Positions 30,106 through 39,839 of a stretch of DNA of 64,000 nt are shown in pieces. Every line of letters starts with the position of its first letter. Positions within the stretch are counted from its first letter, which is position 1. This DNA is from an uncultured virus (IMG/VR IMGVR_UViG_3300010296_000006) (taxonomy: Duplodnaviria > Heunggongvirae > Uroviricota > Caudoviricetes), in IMG/VR virus record IMGVR_UViG_3300010296_000006; one strand, 5' to 3'. Both the position numbers and the translations under genes were made by a program. A model generated the notes under the pieces. That model was not told where the DNA came from. It saw only the letters and a program-made list of their open reading frames with translations, and ran no database searches.

Positions 30106-31157
30106 AAGCAATAAAACTAGCCAAACCCGAACCCATGACAGTTACATGGGATATAGGGCGCCGCTGCAACTTTGACTGTACATATTGCGAAAGCGATAGG
30201 CACAATACCTACAGTCCGCCTACATTATGGGAGGACCTGTTAGAAACATACAACTTTGTTAAAAACTACACAATGATGTATAACCAACCAAATGCAAACA
30301 TCAACTTCACAGGGGGCGAACCAACTGTTAATCCCCGCTTTTGGGACTTTGTACAACATATCAAAGACACCAGTGACTTTACTGTTGGACTTACCAGCAA
30401 TGGCACATGGCCAGAAAAATATATTGATATTATCAAACAAAACATTGTAGGAGTTACGTTAAGTTACCATACTGAAGCAAAACATTTTAGTAAACAACGA
30501 ACTATAGACAATGCTAAACTACTGAAAGACAACAATGTATGGCTAACAGTGAATGTAATGATGCACACCGATCATTGGGACGAGTGTATAGAAACAGTTG
30601 ACATTTTACAAAAATATGGTATAATAGTATTTCCTACTATAATTGGAGACGGTAACTTGGGAACAACAGAGTGGTTCAAAGACAGCGAAGGTGTATTGCG
30701 CAGAACAAGTCATCCTTACACGCAACAGCAACAAGCATGGTTCTTTGATTACCACGGTATAGATGCAAAAACACAAGAACAAATATTAAGTGGTAATCAA
30801 ATGCCAAGAGGTTGCTGCGGAAATAGAGATATATTGGGCAAGTGCAACAACTGTTGGAGTAAAATAAGTGCTGTAAACACAAACTTTGAAGGTTGGTATT
30901 GTAGTGTAAACAAACACTTTTTACACATAGACCAACACACACAAAAAGTGTATCATCATCAGACTTGCAAAGCCAAGTTTGAAGGCAGAGGTGCAATAGG
31001 CAGTTTGCGGAACACAGATGGTATACTCAACTATGTGCTGGAAAACCAAGGCAGAACCATTGTGTGTCCAAACAGTAGGTGCGGATGTGGCATGTGTGTG
31101 CCTAAAGCAAGATCAAGGAGCGAGTATGAAAGCATTACCAGACCTACCACTGTATGA
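30096..31157 (+). CDS. Radical SAM protein (family C2)
   Basis: WDIGRRCNFDCTYC; RGCCGNR; HHQTC; CPNSRCGCGMCVPKA. Confidence 0.9.
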   Translation: MEVEAIKLAKPEPMTVTWDIGRRCNFDCTYCESDRHNTYSPPTLWEDLLETYNFVKNYTMMYNQPNANINFTGGEPTVNPRFWDFVQHIKDTSDFTVGLTSNGTWPEKYIDIIKQNIVGVTLSYHTEAKHFSKQRTIDNAKLLKDNNVWLTVNVMMHTDHWDECIETVDILQKYGIIVFPTIIGDGNLGTTEWFKDSEGVLRRTSHPYTQQQQAWFFDYHGIDAKTQEQILSGNQMPRGCCGNRDILGKCNNCWSKISAVNTNFEGWYCSVNKHFLHIDQHTQKVYHHQTCKAKFEGRGAIGSLRNTDGILNYVLENQGRTIVCPNSRCGCGMCVPKARSRSEYESITRPTTV

Positions 31158-31815
31158 TCAAGTGACTTGGATATTCCAAGAAAGCAACTTTGATTATATT
31201 GAACTGGATTATCCTATGCTTAATATCGATCAGTACAAAGCAGAAGCAGAACTTGCTGAAGATTACTATGTGGATCACAGAGACGAAAGCACAGGCGAAG
31301 GTTCGCACCAAGGTTGGCAGGCTTGTACACTGTATGGCATAGACACAGACAAAACCAATCACTGGTGGGTTTATGATTATGAACTGCCACCTGCGCACGA
31401 TTGGACAGAACTAGGAGACTTGTGTCAATATATCAAAAACTTTTGGTTGCAGTTTCCTGCAGAGTTTGTTTATAGAAGTAGATTTATGCGACTTGGTGCA
31501 GGCGGTATGATAGACACACACAACGACAATCCGGGTGACATAGATTTAAGTGCATGGCACACACTGCAAATACCAATCAACACTGCTATCAATCATCCAG
31601 CAGGATGTGAGATGCATGTTGAAAACACTGTTGTTCCATTTGCCGATGGAAAACAGTTTTTGGTAAACATTTTCAAAGATCACAATGTGCATAATCCAAC
31701 TGACACAGATAGAATACACAACATTACACATGTTATTCCAGGCAGTATGCACACACTATTTGCAAATCTTGTTGTAAGGAGTTATAAGAAGCAATATGAT
31801 AAAGTATCCGGGTAA
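31126..31815 (+). CDS. Asp/Asn beta-hydroxylase-like oxygenase; start revised to ATG 31126
   Basis: RFMRLGAGGMIDTHND...DHNVHNPTDTDRIH; AGGAG precedes the ATG. Confidence 0.6.
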   Translation: MKALPDLPLYDQVTWIFQESNFDYIELDYPMLNIDQYKAEAELAEDYYVDHRDESTGEGSHQGWQACTLYGIDTDKTNHWWVYDYELPPAHDWTELGDLCQYIKNFWLQFPAEFVYRSRFMRLGAGGMIDTHNDNPGDIDLSAWHTLQIPINTAINHPAGCEMHVENTVVPFADGKQFLVNIFKDHNVHNPTDTDRIHNITHVIPGSMHTLFANLVVRSYKKQYDKVSG

Positions 31816-32887
31816 GTTTCACAGCAGAGAAGACTTTTGTGTTGTTATTGTAGACGATACTCACAAGTACTCTGGCATTACAAAAGAATATGTAAAAAAT
31901 CAGGCAGACTACACAATACAAAACTGTGTTGGTATGAACTTTGATGTGTATGTTACAAGAGACGAAGAACAAACATTAAAACAACTACAATATGAAAAAG
32001 CAGTTGTTATAAGCCCTGCTACTGAGTTTTTATACGGCGAGCAGTTTTTTGAAAGTATAAAAGGAGATTATTTCCTATTAGGACATTTATTGGATATGGG
32101 AGATGCATTTTATACTTTACATCCTCAATGTTACGTAGTAAACTTAAAACTTTTAGAAGTAGAAATAGGACAGGAGCAACATTGCATTCAACACAGACAA
32201 GTTATACCAATTAGGACAGAACAAAATATTCACGACTGGTATACTCCTTTAGAGATTGAAGCAAGTTGGAAAGTTGGAACTTATAATCATAAACTGCATG
32301 GATACAATGCTATCGGAGTTGGGTTACGACAGGGATACAAAATTTTATCTTTTAACGAAAAGCAACGTTCTCTGAAAAACTATATATATCCTGATGGAAC
32401 TGGAATAGATTTCATACACAAACGTCATAGATTTGCGTTAACAGAACTAGTTTATAATGAAAACACAGGAAGTGATAATCTACCTATTCATGAACGCACT
32501 ACTTTAGAAACTGTTGTTTTACCAGCAAGCGGTAATTTATATGAAAAACTTGGAGACGAAAACACCTTATTTATTTTTTATGATCATAGTCCTACAGCAT
32601 TAGAAAATATTAAAAGTAAAACAAAGCATATTAATGCAGAGTATCATCATATAGATGTTATCGCTGAAACTGATGATTTTATAAAAATAATAGAAAATAG
32701 ACCTGGACGTTTATATATAGAAATGAGTAATGTTTTCTGTTTTGAATGCACTACTCCATTTTACAGTTTAGAATATAGAAAGAAAGCAGAAGAAAAACTA
32801 ATAAGTTTTGCAGATCGATTTGATTATTGGATACATTTTGATCAACGAGCAGGTGATATTATTGATTTACCTTATTGGCATTACTAA
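31796..32887 (+). CDS. Hypothetical protein (363 aa)
   Basis: Long ORF coupled to the upstream gene; no motif recognised. Confidence 0.7.
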   Translation: MIKYPGKFHSREDFCVVIVDDTHKYSGITKEYVKNQADYTIQNCVGMNFDVYVTRDEEQTLKQLQYEKAVVISPATEFLYGEQFFESIKGDYFLLGHLLDMGDAFYTLHPQCYVVNLKLLEVEIGQEQHCIQHRQVIPIRTEQNIHDWYTPLEIEASWKVGTYNHKLHGYNAIGVGLRQGYKILSFNEKQRSLKNYIYPDGTGIDFIHKRHRFALTELVYNENTGSDNLPIHERTTLETVVLPASGNLYEKLGDENTLFIFYDHSPTALENIKSKTKHINAEYHHIDVIAETDDFIKIIENRPGRLYIEMSNVFCFECTTPFYSLEYRKKAEEKLISFADRFDYWIHFDQRAGDIIDLPYWHY

Positions 32888-33920
32888 GTTGTTCACTAGG
32901 TGATATTAGTTTATTTCCGCATGTTCTAGCACAAGTGTATAGTTTGTTTATTGACCAGTATTTTTCCCAAACTGATTGATATTGATCGCTCTCTACTATG
33001 TCTATTATGCTAGATTTTAAAACATTTGTATCACCTAAATCTTTTATAAGCATTTCGTATTGGTTTTCTATGTGTAATCTAATATCATCAAGTTTAGGAT
33101 TTTCATAAGGTTGGTATGGTATGCTTGCAAGAAAACAACACGGAAATAAGTTTTTGTGAGCATCAATATATATTTCTTTGCTATGTTTAGCATAACATGT
33201 TATAGTTGTGCTATCTACATACTCTTGTATATTTTCTAAATCATTATCTGTAAGTTTAATATTAGAACTTAATGAACTAGGATATAAAAAATATTGAAAT
33301 CGTATTTTTTTATCAAAAACTCCAAAGCTATCATCAAAAGCAAATCTGCTGCTGTGTTTAACATAAAAATCTTTAAATCCATAAGAACGACTTAAATCTC
33401 TTGCTGTTTCAATTTGATGTTCATTGTGTCTAAATACTAAAAAACTCCATACTGCATTTCCGCCATTTAATATAAAATGTTTTGCATTAGATAAAACTTT
33501 TTCATAAGAAGTTCCAATCCTATATATTGAATGTGTATCCTTTAAACCATCTAAAGAAAAAACTACTTTGTGATTTGTAGGTAAACAGCTAGGTAGACTA
33601 GTCCACCAGTCAGCATTATGCATTCCGCCATTTGTGTGTATTTCAATACTTTTTTGTTTTTGTTTTAGGTATTGTAATATTTTTAATATATCAGGACATA
33701 TCATAGGATCTCCAAAGTTTCCGCAGATATAAAAGTGTTGAATAAACTTTAGGCTAACATCATCAAATACTTTAATAAAATCATCAATACTCCAGTCACA
33801 AATTTTGATTCTACTATTTTCTAATCCGCCATGCCAGTTACGATCGCACATAGGACAACTTGCTTGACATCTATTGGTAAGTTCTATATGTACAGTTTTG
33901 ATGTCTTTATAACGAATCAT
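32859..33920 (-). CDS. Radical SAM protein (family B); start revised to ATG 33920
   Basis: IELTNRCQASCPMCDR; CGNFGDP; FSLDGLKDTHSIYR; PCC...CARTCG. Confidence 0.9.
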   Translation of the reverse strand: MIRYKDIKTVHIELTNRCQASCPMCDRNWHGGLENSRIKICDWSIDDFIKVFDDVSLKFIQHFYICGNFGDPMICPDILKILQYLKQKQKSIEIHTNGGMHNADWWTSLPSCLPTNHKVVFSLDGLKDTHSIYRIGTSYEKVLSNAKHFILNGGNAVWSFLVFRHNEHQIETARDLSRSYGFKDFYVKHSSRFAFDDSFGVFDKKIRFQYFLYPSSLSSNIKLTDNDLENIQEYVDSTTITCYAKHSKEIYIDAHKNLFPCCFLASIPYQPYENPKLDDIRLHIENQYEMLIKDLGDTNVLKSSIIDIVESDQYQSVWEKYWSINKLYTCARTCGNKLISPSEQLSNANKVNQ

Positions 33921-34929
33921 ACAGTTGTTTTGTCCTTGCTTTAGGCGCACATATACCGCACCAACATGTTTTCTTTTTGCATATTATAGTGCCAGTGGTA
34001 CCTAGTCTATCCAATATTTCTTTTGTATTATTGAGTGTACCAATAGGTCCTATGCCGCCGTCCCAATTCATTTTACAATCCTTGTTTGTGTACACCATTT
34101 TGCTGTGTTGTTGCACATACAAAAAATGTTTGTCCACACTGCAATGCCAGCCAGCAAAACGATTTTCAACTTTGTCTACAGTGCATCCATCTGAACAAAG
34201 TTTTGCTCCACCGCAACAAGCTCTTTTGTCTCCTAGATCAAATCCCCTTGTTATTATAGACAGCAGTTTCTTGTTTAACTTTGTAGGAGATTCGCCACGC
34301 AAGTATTTTACTTGTTCAGCATTGTAGTTAAATCTAAAATCTAACCAGTGATGATCTATTTCTCGCAAGTGGTAAGGCACCTTTGATTTTTTACACCATT
34401 CAACCATTGCAACACACTTTTCCCAATATTTTGGATGCATCATGATGTTGACTTGAAACTGTTTTTTATTGGCTTTTAAACCCATTACATTGTGTTTAAA
34501 AATTTTAACTTGCTTTGATTCTGTTTCAGCATGAAATGTTACAGTGTAATAATCTATATACTTCATCATTGTATTCCATAGATTGTTTCCTACAACACCG
34601 TTTGTAATAGTACTGACATTAATATTTTTACCAGAATCTTTTATCCTGTAATGCAAGTGCTGAAATACATTTAAAATGCCAGGTTGGAAGAAACTTTCTC
34701 CACCTTGTATGTTAATACCTGCATACTGTTGCTCTATAGGTTTTGTATCTAGTATTCTACTGGTGTATTCTATAATAAAATCAGCAGTAGTCAAACAATC
34801 TTGCCATTCAGGATGATTAGTTTTGTTATTATGTCCATCACCGCAATATGAACAATCAAGATTGCATTTAAGAGTAGTTTCCCATTGTACATCAAACATT
34901 TTGGGACTAACAGGTTTTAAAATGTCCAT
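33907..34929 (-). CDS. Radical SAM protein (family C2); start revised to ATG 34929
   Basis: CNLDCSYC; GGES; RACCGG; FAGWHCSV; CKKKTCWCGICAPKA. Confidence 0.88.
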   Translation of the reverse strand: MDILKPVSPKMFDVQWETTLKCNLDCSYCGDGHNNKTNHPEWQDCLTTADFIIEYTSRILDTKPIEQQYAGINIQGGESFFQPGILNVFQHLHYRIKDSGKNINVSTITNGVVGNNLWNTMMKYIDYYTVTFHAETESKQVKIFKHNVMGLKANKKQFQVNIMMHPKYWEKCVAMVEWCKKSKVPYHLREIDHHWLDFRFNYNAEQVKYLRGESPTKLNKKLLSIITRGFDLGDKRACCGGAKLCSDGCTVDKVENRFAGWHCSVDKHFLYVQQHSKMVYTNKDCKMNWDGGIGPIGTLNNTKEILDRLGTTGTIICKKKTCWCGICAPKARTKQLYDSL

Positions 34930-35846
34930 TTGCTTATTCCCATTTCTCCACTGCAAGTGCATTGTGTTTGTTCACATATCACAGGCTCTGTCCTTGCTGT
35001 AAACTTATTTACAAAATCGTCGTCATAAAAGTTGCAATCATACAAATGCTGTGTGCAGTTGCCGCTGATTACACCTGTTCTAAATATAGTAAAAATATCC
35101 AAACCAAGATTGCATTTGAATCCAAAAAAGTTGTTGTATCCGTTTATGTGAAACCAGTTATCATTGTCTATCTTAACAGTGCTTGAATCGGTTTCTACAA
35201 ATATTTCAGTGCGCTTTACCCTTGCAGCATTAATATACCAATCAATCTCTGGATACCTTTTCACACTTTTACTCAAATATTCTTTCTGTGTATCTGTGTA
35301 TTCAGCAGAACCTATTACAGGCTTTGCAATAACCGTAAACGGATATTTGCTGTTTGTCAACTGTTCAACTATGTGTATACATTTATCAAAGCACAGTGGA
35401 TTCATCAACACATCTGCATTGCATTCTATATTATGTTCGTAAAGCAAATCCAGCAGAGCAATACTGTGTTTGATATTTGTGTATTCGTGATGTATGCTGA
35501 CATTGACTATGTCAAATATATCTATGTGCCGTTTCCACCAACCGATACTTTTGCTGCCATTGGTACTGATTTTAAACACTACATCAAACTCTGTTTTTAG
35601 CTTATTCATAACAGACGGTAAGTCTTTCCATATTGTAGGCTCTCCACCAATCAAGTATATCAGCACAGGTTTATTGTAACTGTGCAGCAAATGCCTCAAG
35701 TTTTTGTAAAACAGTTGTTCATCAGGCCAAGGCATAGTGCCGCTGTTACTGTCAGGAAAACAATAACTGCATTTGAAGTTGCAGAGATTGCCCAGCATTA
35801 TCTCTATCTGAAGTCTGTTTTTAAGATTGGTTATACGTTTGATCAT
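34917..35846 (-). CDS. Radical SAM protein (family C)
   Basis: LGNLCNFKCSYC; GGEPT; FFGFKCNLG...CEQTQCTC. Confidence 0.88.
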   Translation of the reverse strand: MIKRITNLKNRLQIEIMLGNLCNFKCSYCFPDSNSGTMPWPDEQLFYKNLRHLLHSYNKPVLIYLIGGEPTIWKDLPSVMNKLKTEFDVVFKISTNGSKSIGWWKRHIDIFDIVNVSIHHEYTNIKHSIALLDLLYEHNIECNADVLMNPLCFDKCIHIVEQLTNSKYPFTVIAKPVIGSAEYTDTQKEYLSKSVKRYPEIDWYINAARVKRTEIFVETDSSTVKIDNDNWFHINGYNNFFGFKCNLGLDIFTIFRTGVISGNCTQHLYDCNFYDDDFVNKFTARTEPVICEQTQCTCSGEMGISKWTF

Positions 35847-37225
35847 AACAAATGTGCAAGTTCAGGAAATACATCCTTAGCATTTACTCCTCTTATTGCA
35901 TCCAGTTTGTTTACATATTCTTTGAAGCCTGGCAACAAATGACTGTTGTCCTGTGCATCCATGTGATTTAGTATTGCTTCCCAACGGCGCCAACCATAAG
36001 GATTCTGTTCCCAAAACACAGGATCTTTTGTGTAAAAGTCGTACAAGTAACTTTTGAACTTGGCAAACAAATCTCTTATTTCTGCTTTGTCCTCTTTGGG
36101 CAGTATTTGTATACTCATAAATGTTGGAATATACAGCAAGTGCATGTTTATCAGTCCACCGCCTGCTCTTACACCTCTGATCATTTCAGTGTTTACTTTG
36201 CTGAAGTTTTGTGTGTTTTTCCAATGTATAAAATCAGGTAAGTGTTTGATATTAAATATTTGTATAGCAGTGGCAATGCTTGGACGAATGTTGTCAGGTG
36301 TGCGATCCAGCATGTGCAAGTTGCGTTCTACAGTTGCCCAATCAGTTGGATATCTAATGTAGTTGTTTCTTGGTCCAGCAGCATCAATACTTACACCTAC
36401 TTTTACTAGATCAAAGTGTTTCCAAAGTTCGATAAGATCCTCGTCTACCAGAATACCGTTGGTGTTGTATCGCAATCTAATGTGCGTATTATGCCCACTG
36501 CGTACTATTTCTTCAATAAACTTTTTGTGCTCTGCAATCATTAATGGTTCGCCACCTGCAAAGTACACTTCCTTCAAGTTGGGTATTTGCTTGTACAACT
36601 GTTCCCAGAATATTTCATTTTCATGCCACTTGTTGTTGAAAGCAGCTTTGTCCCATTGCATTTGTCGCTTTACTTCAGGATCTTCCAGTTGTGGCTCTAG
36701 CACTTTCCAGTCTTTTACCCACTTGCTGCTGTCATGCGGTGAACACATTACACACTTGATGTTGCAAGTATGCCCTAATCTCAAATCTAGGTATTGCAGT
36801 TCGTTTTTGTATGTGCCATCTTGATGTGTGTTGTTCAACAGTTCTTCTACATCAAGTCCACGCTCCATCCATGTGCCTGTTTCCCACAAGCGTTTGCTAA
36901 CAACACCTTGTGACTCTTCTGCAAAGCACTTGGTACAACTTGCAGGTATAGAACCTTCCATCATGGTTGTGCGTACACTTTTCATATAATCGCTGTTCCA
37001 CGCTTGCATAGGAGTAACAGTATTGAAGTTGATAGGATCACCGTTTTGCTGTTTGACTAATCCTACCGTGTGATCTGAACCTGCACCACTAGCATTAGCA
37101 CTGCAACACAATCGCATGTCTCCGTTGGGTCTTGTTGCCATGTGTATCCACGGCAATGCACAAAATGTTGGAGTGGTTTTTTCAGCAATAGTGTTTTGCA
37201 CCATTGCAATCAAGTCTTTGTTCAT
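35843..37225 (-). CDS. Radical SAM protein (family A; closest by eye to 11368)
   Basis: PTFCALPW...LCCSANAS...CTKC; CNIKCVMCSPHDSS; GGEPL. Confidence 0.9.
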   Translation of the reverse strand: MNKDLIAMVQNTIAEKTTPTFCALPWIHMATRPNGDMRLCCSANASGAGSDHTVGLVKQQNGDPINFNTVTPMQAWNSDYMKSVRTTMMEGSIPASCTKCFAEESQGVVSKRLWETGTWMERGLDVEELLNNTHQDGTYKNELQYLDLRLGHTCNIKCVMCSPHDSSKWVKDWKVLEPQLEDPEVKRQMQWDKAAFNNKWHENEIFWEQLYKQIPNLKEVYFAGGEPLMIAEHKKFIEEIVRSGHNTHIRLRYNTNGILVDEDLIELWKHFDLVKVGVSIDAAGPRNNYIRYPTDWATVERNLHMLDRTPDNIRPSIATAIQIFNIKHLPDFIHWKNTQNFSKVNTEMIRGVRAGGGLINMHLLYIPTFMSIQILPKEDKAEIRDLFAKFKSYLYDFYTKDPVFWEQNPYGWRRWEAILNHMDAQDNSHLLPGFKEYVNKLDAIRGVNAKDVFPELAHLL

Positions 37226-37827
37226 TTTTCTCCAATCAAAAGGAATCGATTGTATAAAGGCAGTTCTAAAGTGTCATGCTGTTTTATATATCTAAGTTTA
37301 CTATGTTCATAAAAATCTACTACATTGGCAAAGCATCTAATGTGTTCAGGCAAGTCATAATAGTTATTGCTTTGTAGAACTATTAAACTAGTCGAAGGCA
37401 CTTTAGATAACCATTTATCATACTGTTCTTGACTAATATGTTCTGTGCTTGTATTGATAACAACATCAGGATCAAACTCATATTCATATTCACACATATC
37501 AGCAGTAATAGCATTAAACTTGCCTAACATTTCTTGTCTTTTACAAATCATATTTGCAGTTTCTACGCAACTTGAATCAATGTCTACACTGCGAATGTCA
37601 TTTATTTTCATATTGCTGTTAAATAACAAACTTGCAAGCACGCCATTCCAGCCGCCATGTATTACTATATTGAGAGGTTTGTCGGGTACATGTTTAGATA
37701 ACTGGTTTACAAGCCATACTTTGCTTTTGAGTTGTCCTTTCCAAAAACTTTCAAGTACACCAAAGTGATTTTCACTGTTGCGTATTGCATCCATCCAAAA
37801 TGCTACATCATCTAAATCTACCAGCAT
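37222..37827 (-). CDS. Methyltransferase-fold protein (paralog of 16989)
   Basis: GQLKSKVW; HGGWNG; SVDID; INTSTEH; LQSNN. Confidence 0.58.
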   Translation of the reverse strand: MLVDLDDVAFWMDAIRNSENHFGVLESFWKGQLKSKVWLVNQLSKHVPDKPLNIVIHGGWNGVLASLLFNSNMKINDIRSVDIDSSCVETANMICKRQEMLGKFNAITADMCEYEYEFDPDVVINTSTEHISQEQYDKWLSKVPSTSLIVLQSNNYYDLPEHIRCFANVVDFYEHSKLRYIKQHDTLELPLYNRFLLIGEK

Positions 37828-38948
37828 GTTTTAACCATACTTTTTTGTATCTTGATAAAGTGTTTTAGATTGTGTTTTCTTATTTGTTTAGTCATACTAT
37901 TCATTTCTGCAACACTATATTTTTGTTGTGCTTCATTTAATGCATCGATTGCACTAAACAATCGAGTGCTTTCATCTTCTGAATCATAGCTTTCGTTTAT
38001 TATACACGAAAATGTTTTAAAGCCAAGTTTTTTTAGGTATTGAAGTGTATTTTTTGGACCTATTACTATAAATGCTTGTTTGCATACTATAGGTTTCCAC
38101 ATTTTTTCACTAAGGAATATATGATAATGTTTTTGATGTACAGTATGATAATGAGTTTCAGTAACTATATTAAAAAAACAATCGTTATATATTCCTGGAT
38201 TATAATCATGAGGTCTACAACCTGCTGAAAAATCCTCTGTATCGATATTTAAAGGTAGTTTTTTCCATAACTCTGTTTGTTGTGTTTTTAAAATCTGTTT
38301 ATGTTTGTCTGAATAGTTATGACTATAAGGAAACAATAGTTGTTCAGGTGTAAGTTTGTTTGTATCTTTTTCATAATGATTATCTAAACAGCTTACCTTA
38401 CCTATGTTAGGTCGTAACAAGTTTAAGTGATTTAGATAAGCAACAGTTTGCATACGATGCGCTCGAGGACGATTGTTTAAACAACAATATACATAGTCTT
38501 TTGTATAAGGTATATTATCTAATGGCTGATCATAATAGTTGTCGTATACTCTATGATACCATTCGGGATAATAAAATACTTGAAATGTTTTTTTAAGTTT
38601 TTTTTCACGTAACCAACGATTATATTCAGCTTCTGCTTGATATAATCCTGTAGCAAAATATATTTTGTTTATACAATCGTATTTTTGTGTGCATTCATAA
38701 AGATCTGGAAAATATCTTAGTGCATATCCTTCTAAAACATCAGAAAACAATACATAAACATCTTTATTGTTTTTTGCTTCTTGTATTTTATCTTCACAGT
38801 TGAATATATTTGCAATAGGAACTATAAAAAAATATTTGCCACTAGGATTAGCTAACCACTCACTATATTTTTTGGTGTGTAAGTTAAACGGTTCAATGTA
38901 TCTTGTGTGTTTTACATCGCAATAGTTTATTTTATTATTTGTTTCCAA
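37818..38948 (-). CDS. Putative glycosyltransferase-like protein (GT-B/GT10-like C-terminus)
   Basis: CLNNRPRAHR; FNIVTET...FLSEKMWKPI...GFKTF...ESYD. Confidence 0.5.
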   Translation of the reverse strand: METNNKINYCDVKHTRYIEPFNLHTKKYSEWLANPSGKYFFIVPIANIFNCEDKIQEAKNNKDVYVLFSDVLEGYALRYFPDLYECTQKYDCINKIYFATGLYQAEAEYNRWLREKKLKKTFQVFYYPEWYHRVYDNYYDQPLDNIPYTKDYVYCCLNNRPRAHRMQTVAYLNHLNLLRPNIGKVSCLDNHYEKDTNKLTPEQLLFPYSHNYSDKHKQILKTQQTELWKKLPLNIDTEDFSAGCRPHDYNPGIYNDCFFNIVTETHYHTVHQKHYHIFLSEKMWKPIVCKQAFIVIGPKNTLQYLKKLGFKTFSCIINESYDSEDESTRLFSAIDALNEAQQKYSVAEMNSMTKQIRKHNLKHFIKIQKSMVKTCW

Positions 38949-39838
38949 TGGTGAATGGTCCTATCTATTCCTTCTTCATAGGTAATTTTAGGTGCCCATC
39001 CTGTAACTTCGGTGATTTTATTGTGGTTACTGTTTAGCCACCAAATCTCTCCATGTCGTGGATCTTTTGTATCCCAGTTGATTTGTCCATTCCAATCAAG
39101 TTTTTCAGCAATATATTCTGCACAATGTCTAATTTTGCGGGGATCGTCTGGCCCAATAGTAAATATATTTCCTTTAACTTTATCGCCATTAGTAATAACT
39201 GCCATCCATGCATCAAGCAAATCTTCAATATAGATAAAGTTTCTATAAGGTTCACTATAACCTAGGTTGCAAGTATCACCTTTAAGCATTTGACTAATAA
39301 TCTGTTCAGTTACAAAAAAGTCGTTATCTTTACGACCATACGCATTTGTTTGTCTAAAACTTGCCCAGTTCAACCCGTATGCTCGTTCTGCATACTCTAA
39401 GTATTTTTCACAACCATATTTTGCAACTGCATATGGAGCATTAGGATGAGGAATAGTATTCTCATCAAATGCTACACTATTTACATATGTACCTGTTACT
39501 TCTACTTCGTCACTAATAGGTTGCCAACCATAGACTTCCATTGTGCTTGCAAACACAAAGTACGGCATAGGATCAACTGCTCTACAGGCTTCAATAAGAT
39601 TTACTGTTCCTACATAGTTTACTTCGCTGAAACTTACCTGTTCATAAAAACTTTTTTGCACTTCGGTTCTTGCAGCCAAGTGAACAACAATATCAGGTTT
39701 GATTTCTTTAACTTCTTGTTGTACACCTGTGTGATGTGTTAAATCACTTTTCAGTTCAAATACTTCACCTATTGTTTTAAGTCTTGGTAGTAAATGTTGT
39801 CCGATAAATCCGCTCGATCCTGTCAATAATATTCTCAT
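38927..39838 (-). CDS. NAD-dependent NDP-sugar epimerase/dehydratase
   Basis: TGSSGFIG; VHLAA; YAVAK (YxxxK); RNFIYIED. Confidence 0.9.
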   Translation of the reverse strand: MRILLTGSSGFIGQHLLPRLKTIGEVFELKSDLTHHTGVQQEVKEIKPDIVVHLAARTEVQKSFYEQVSFSEVNYVGTVNLIEACRAVDPMPYFVFASTMEVYGWQPISDEVEVTGTYVNSVAFDENTIPHPNAPYAVAKYGCEKYLEYAERAYGLNWASFRQTNAYGRKDNDFFVTEQIISQMLKGDTCNLGYSEPYRNFIYIEDLLDAWMAVITNGDKVKGNIFTIGPDDPRKIRHCAEYIAEKLDWNGQINWDTKDPRHGEIWWLNSNHNKITEVTGWAPKITYEEGIDRTIHHWKQIIK

Positions 39839-39839
39839 G

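Noticed and set aside
36054..36824. Long antisense ORFs (102 and 153 aa) and similar short opposite-strand ORFs throughout
   Set aside because: They lie wholly opposite well-supported genes and have no motifs or start signals, so they are treated as shadow frames.
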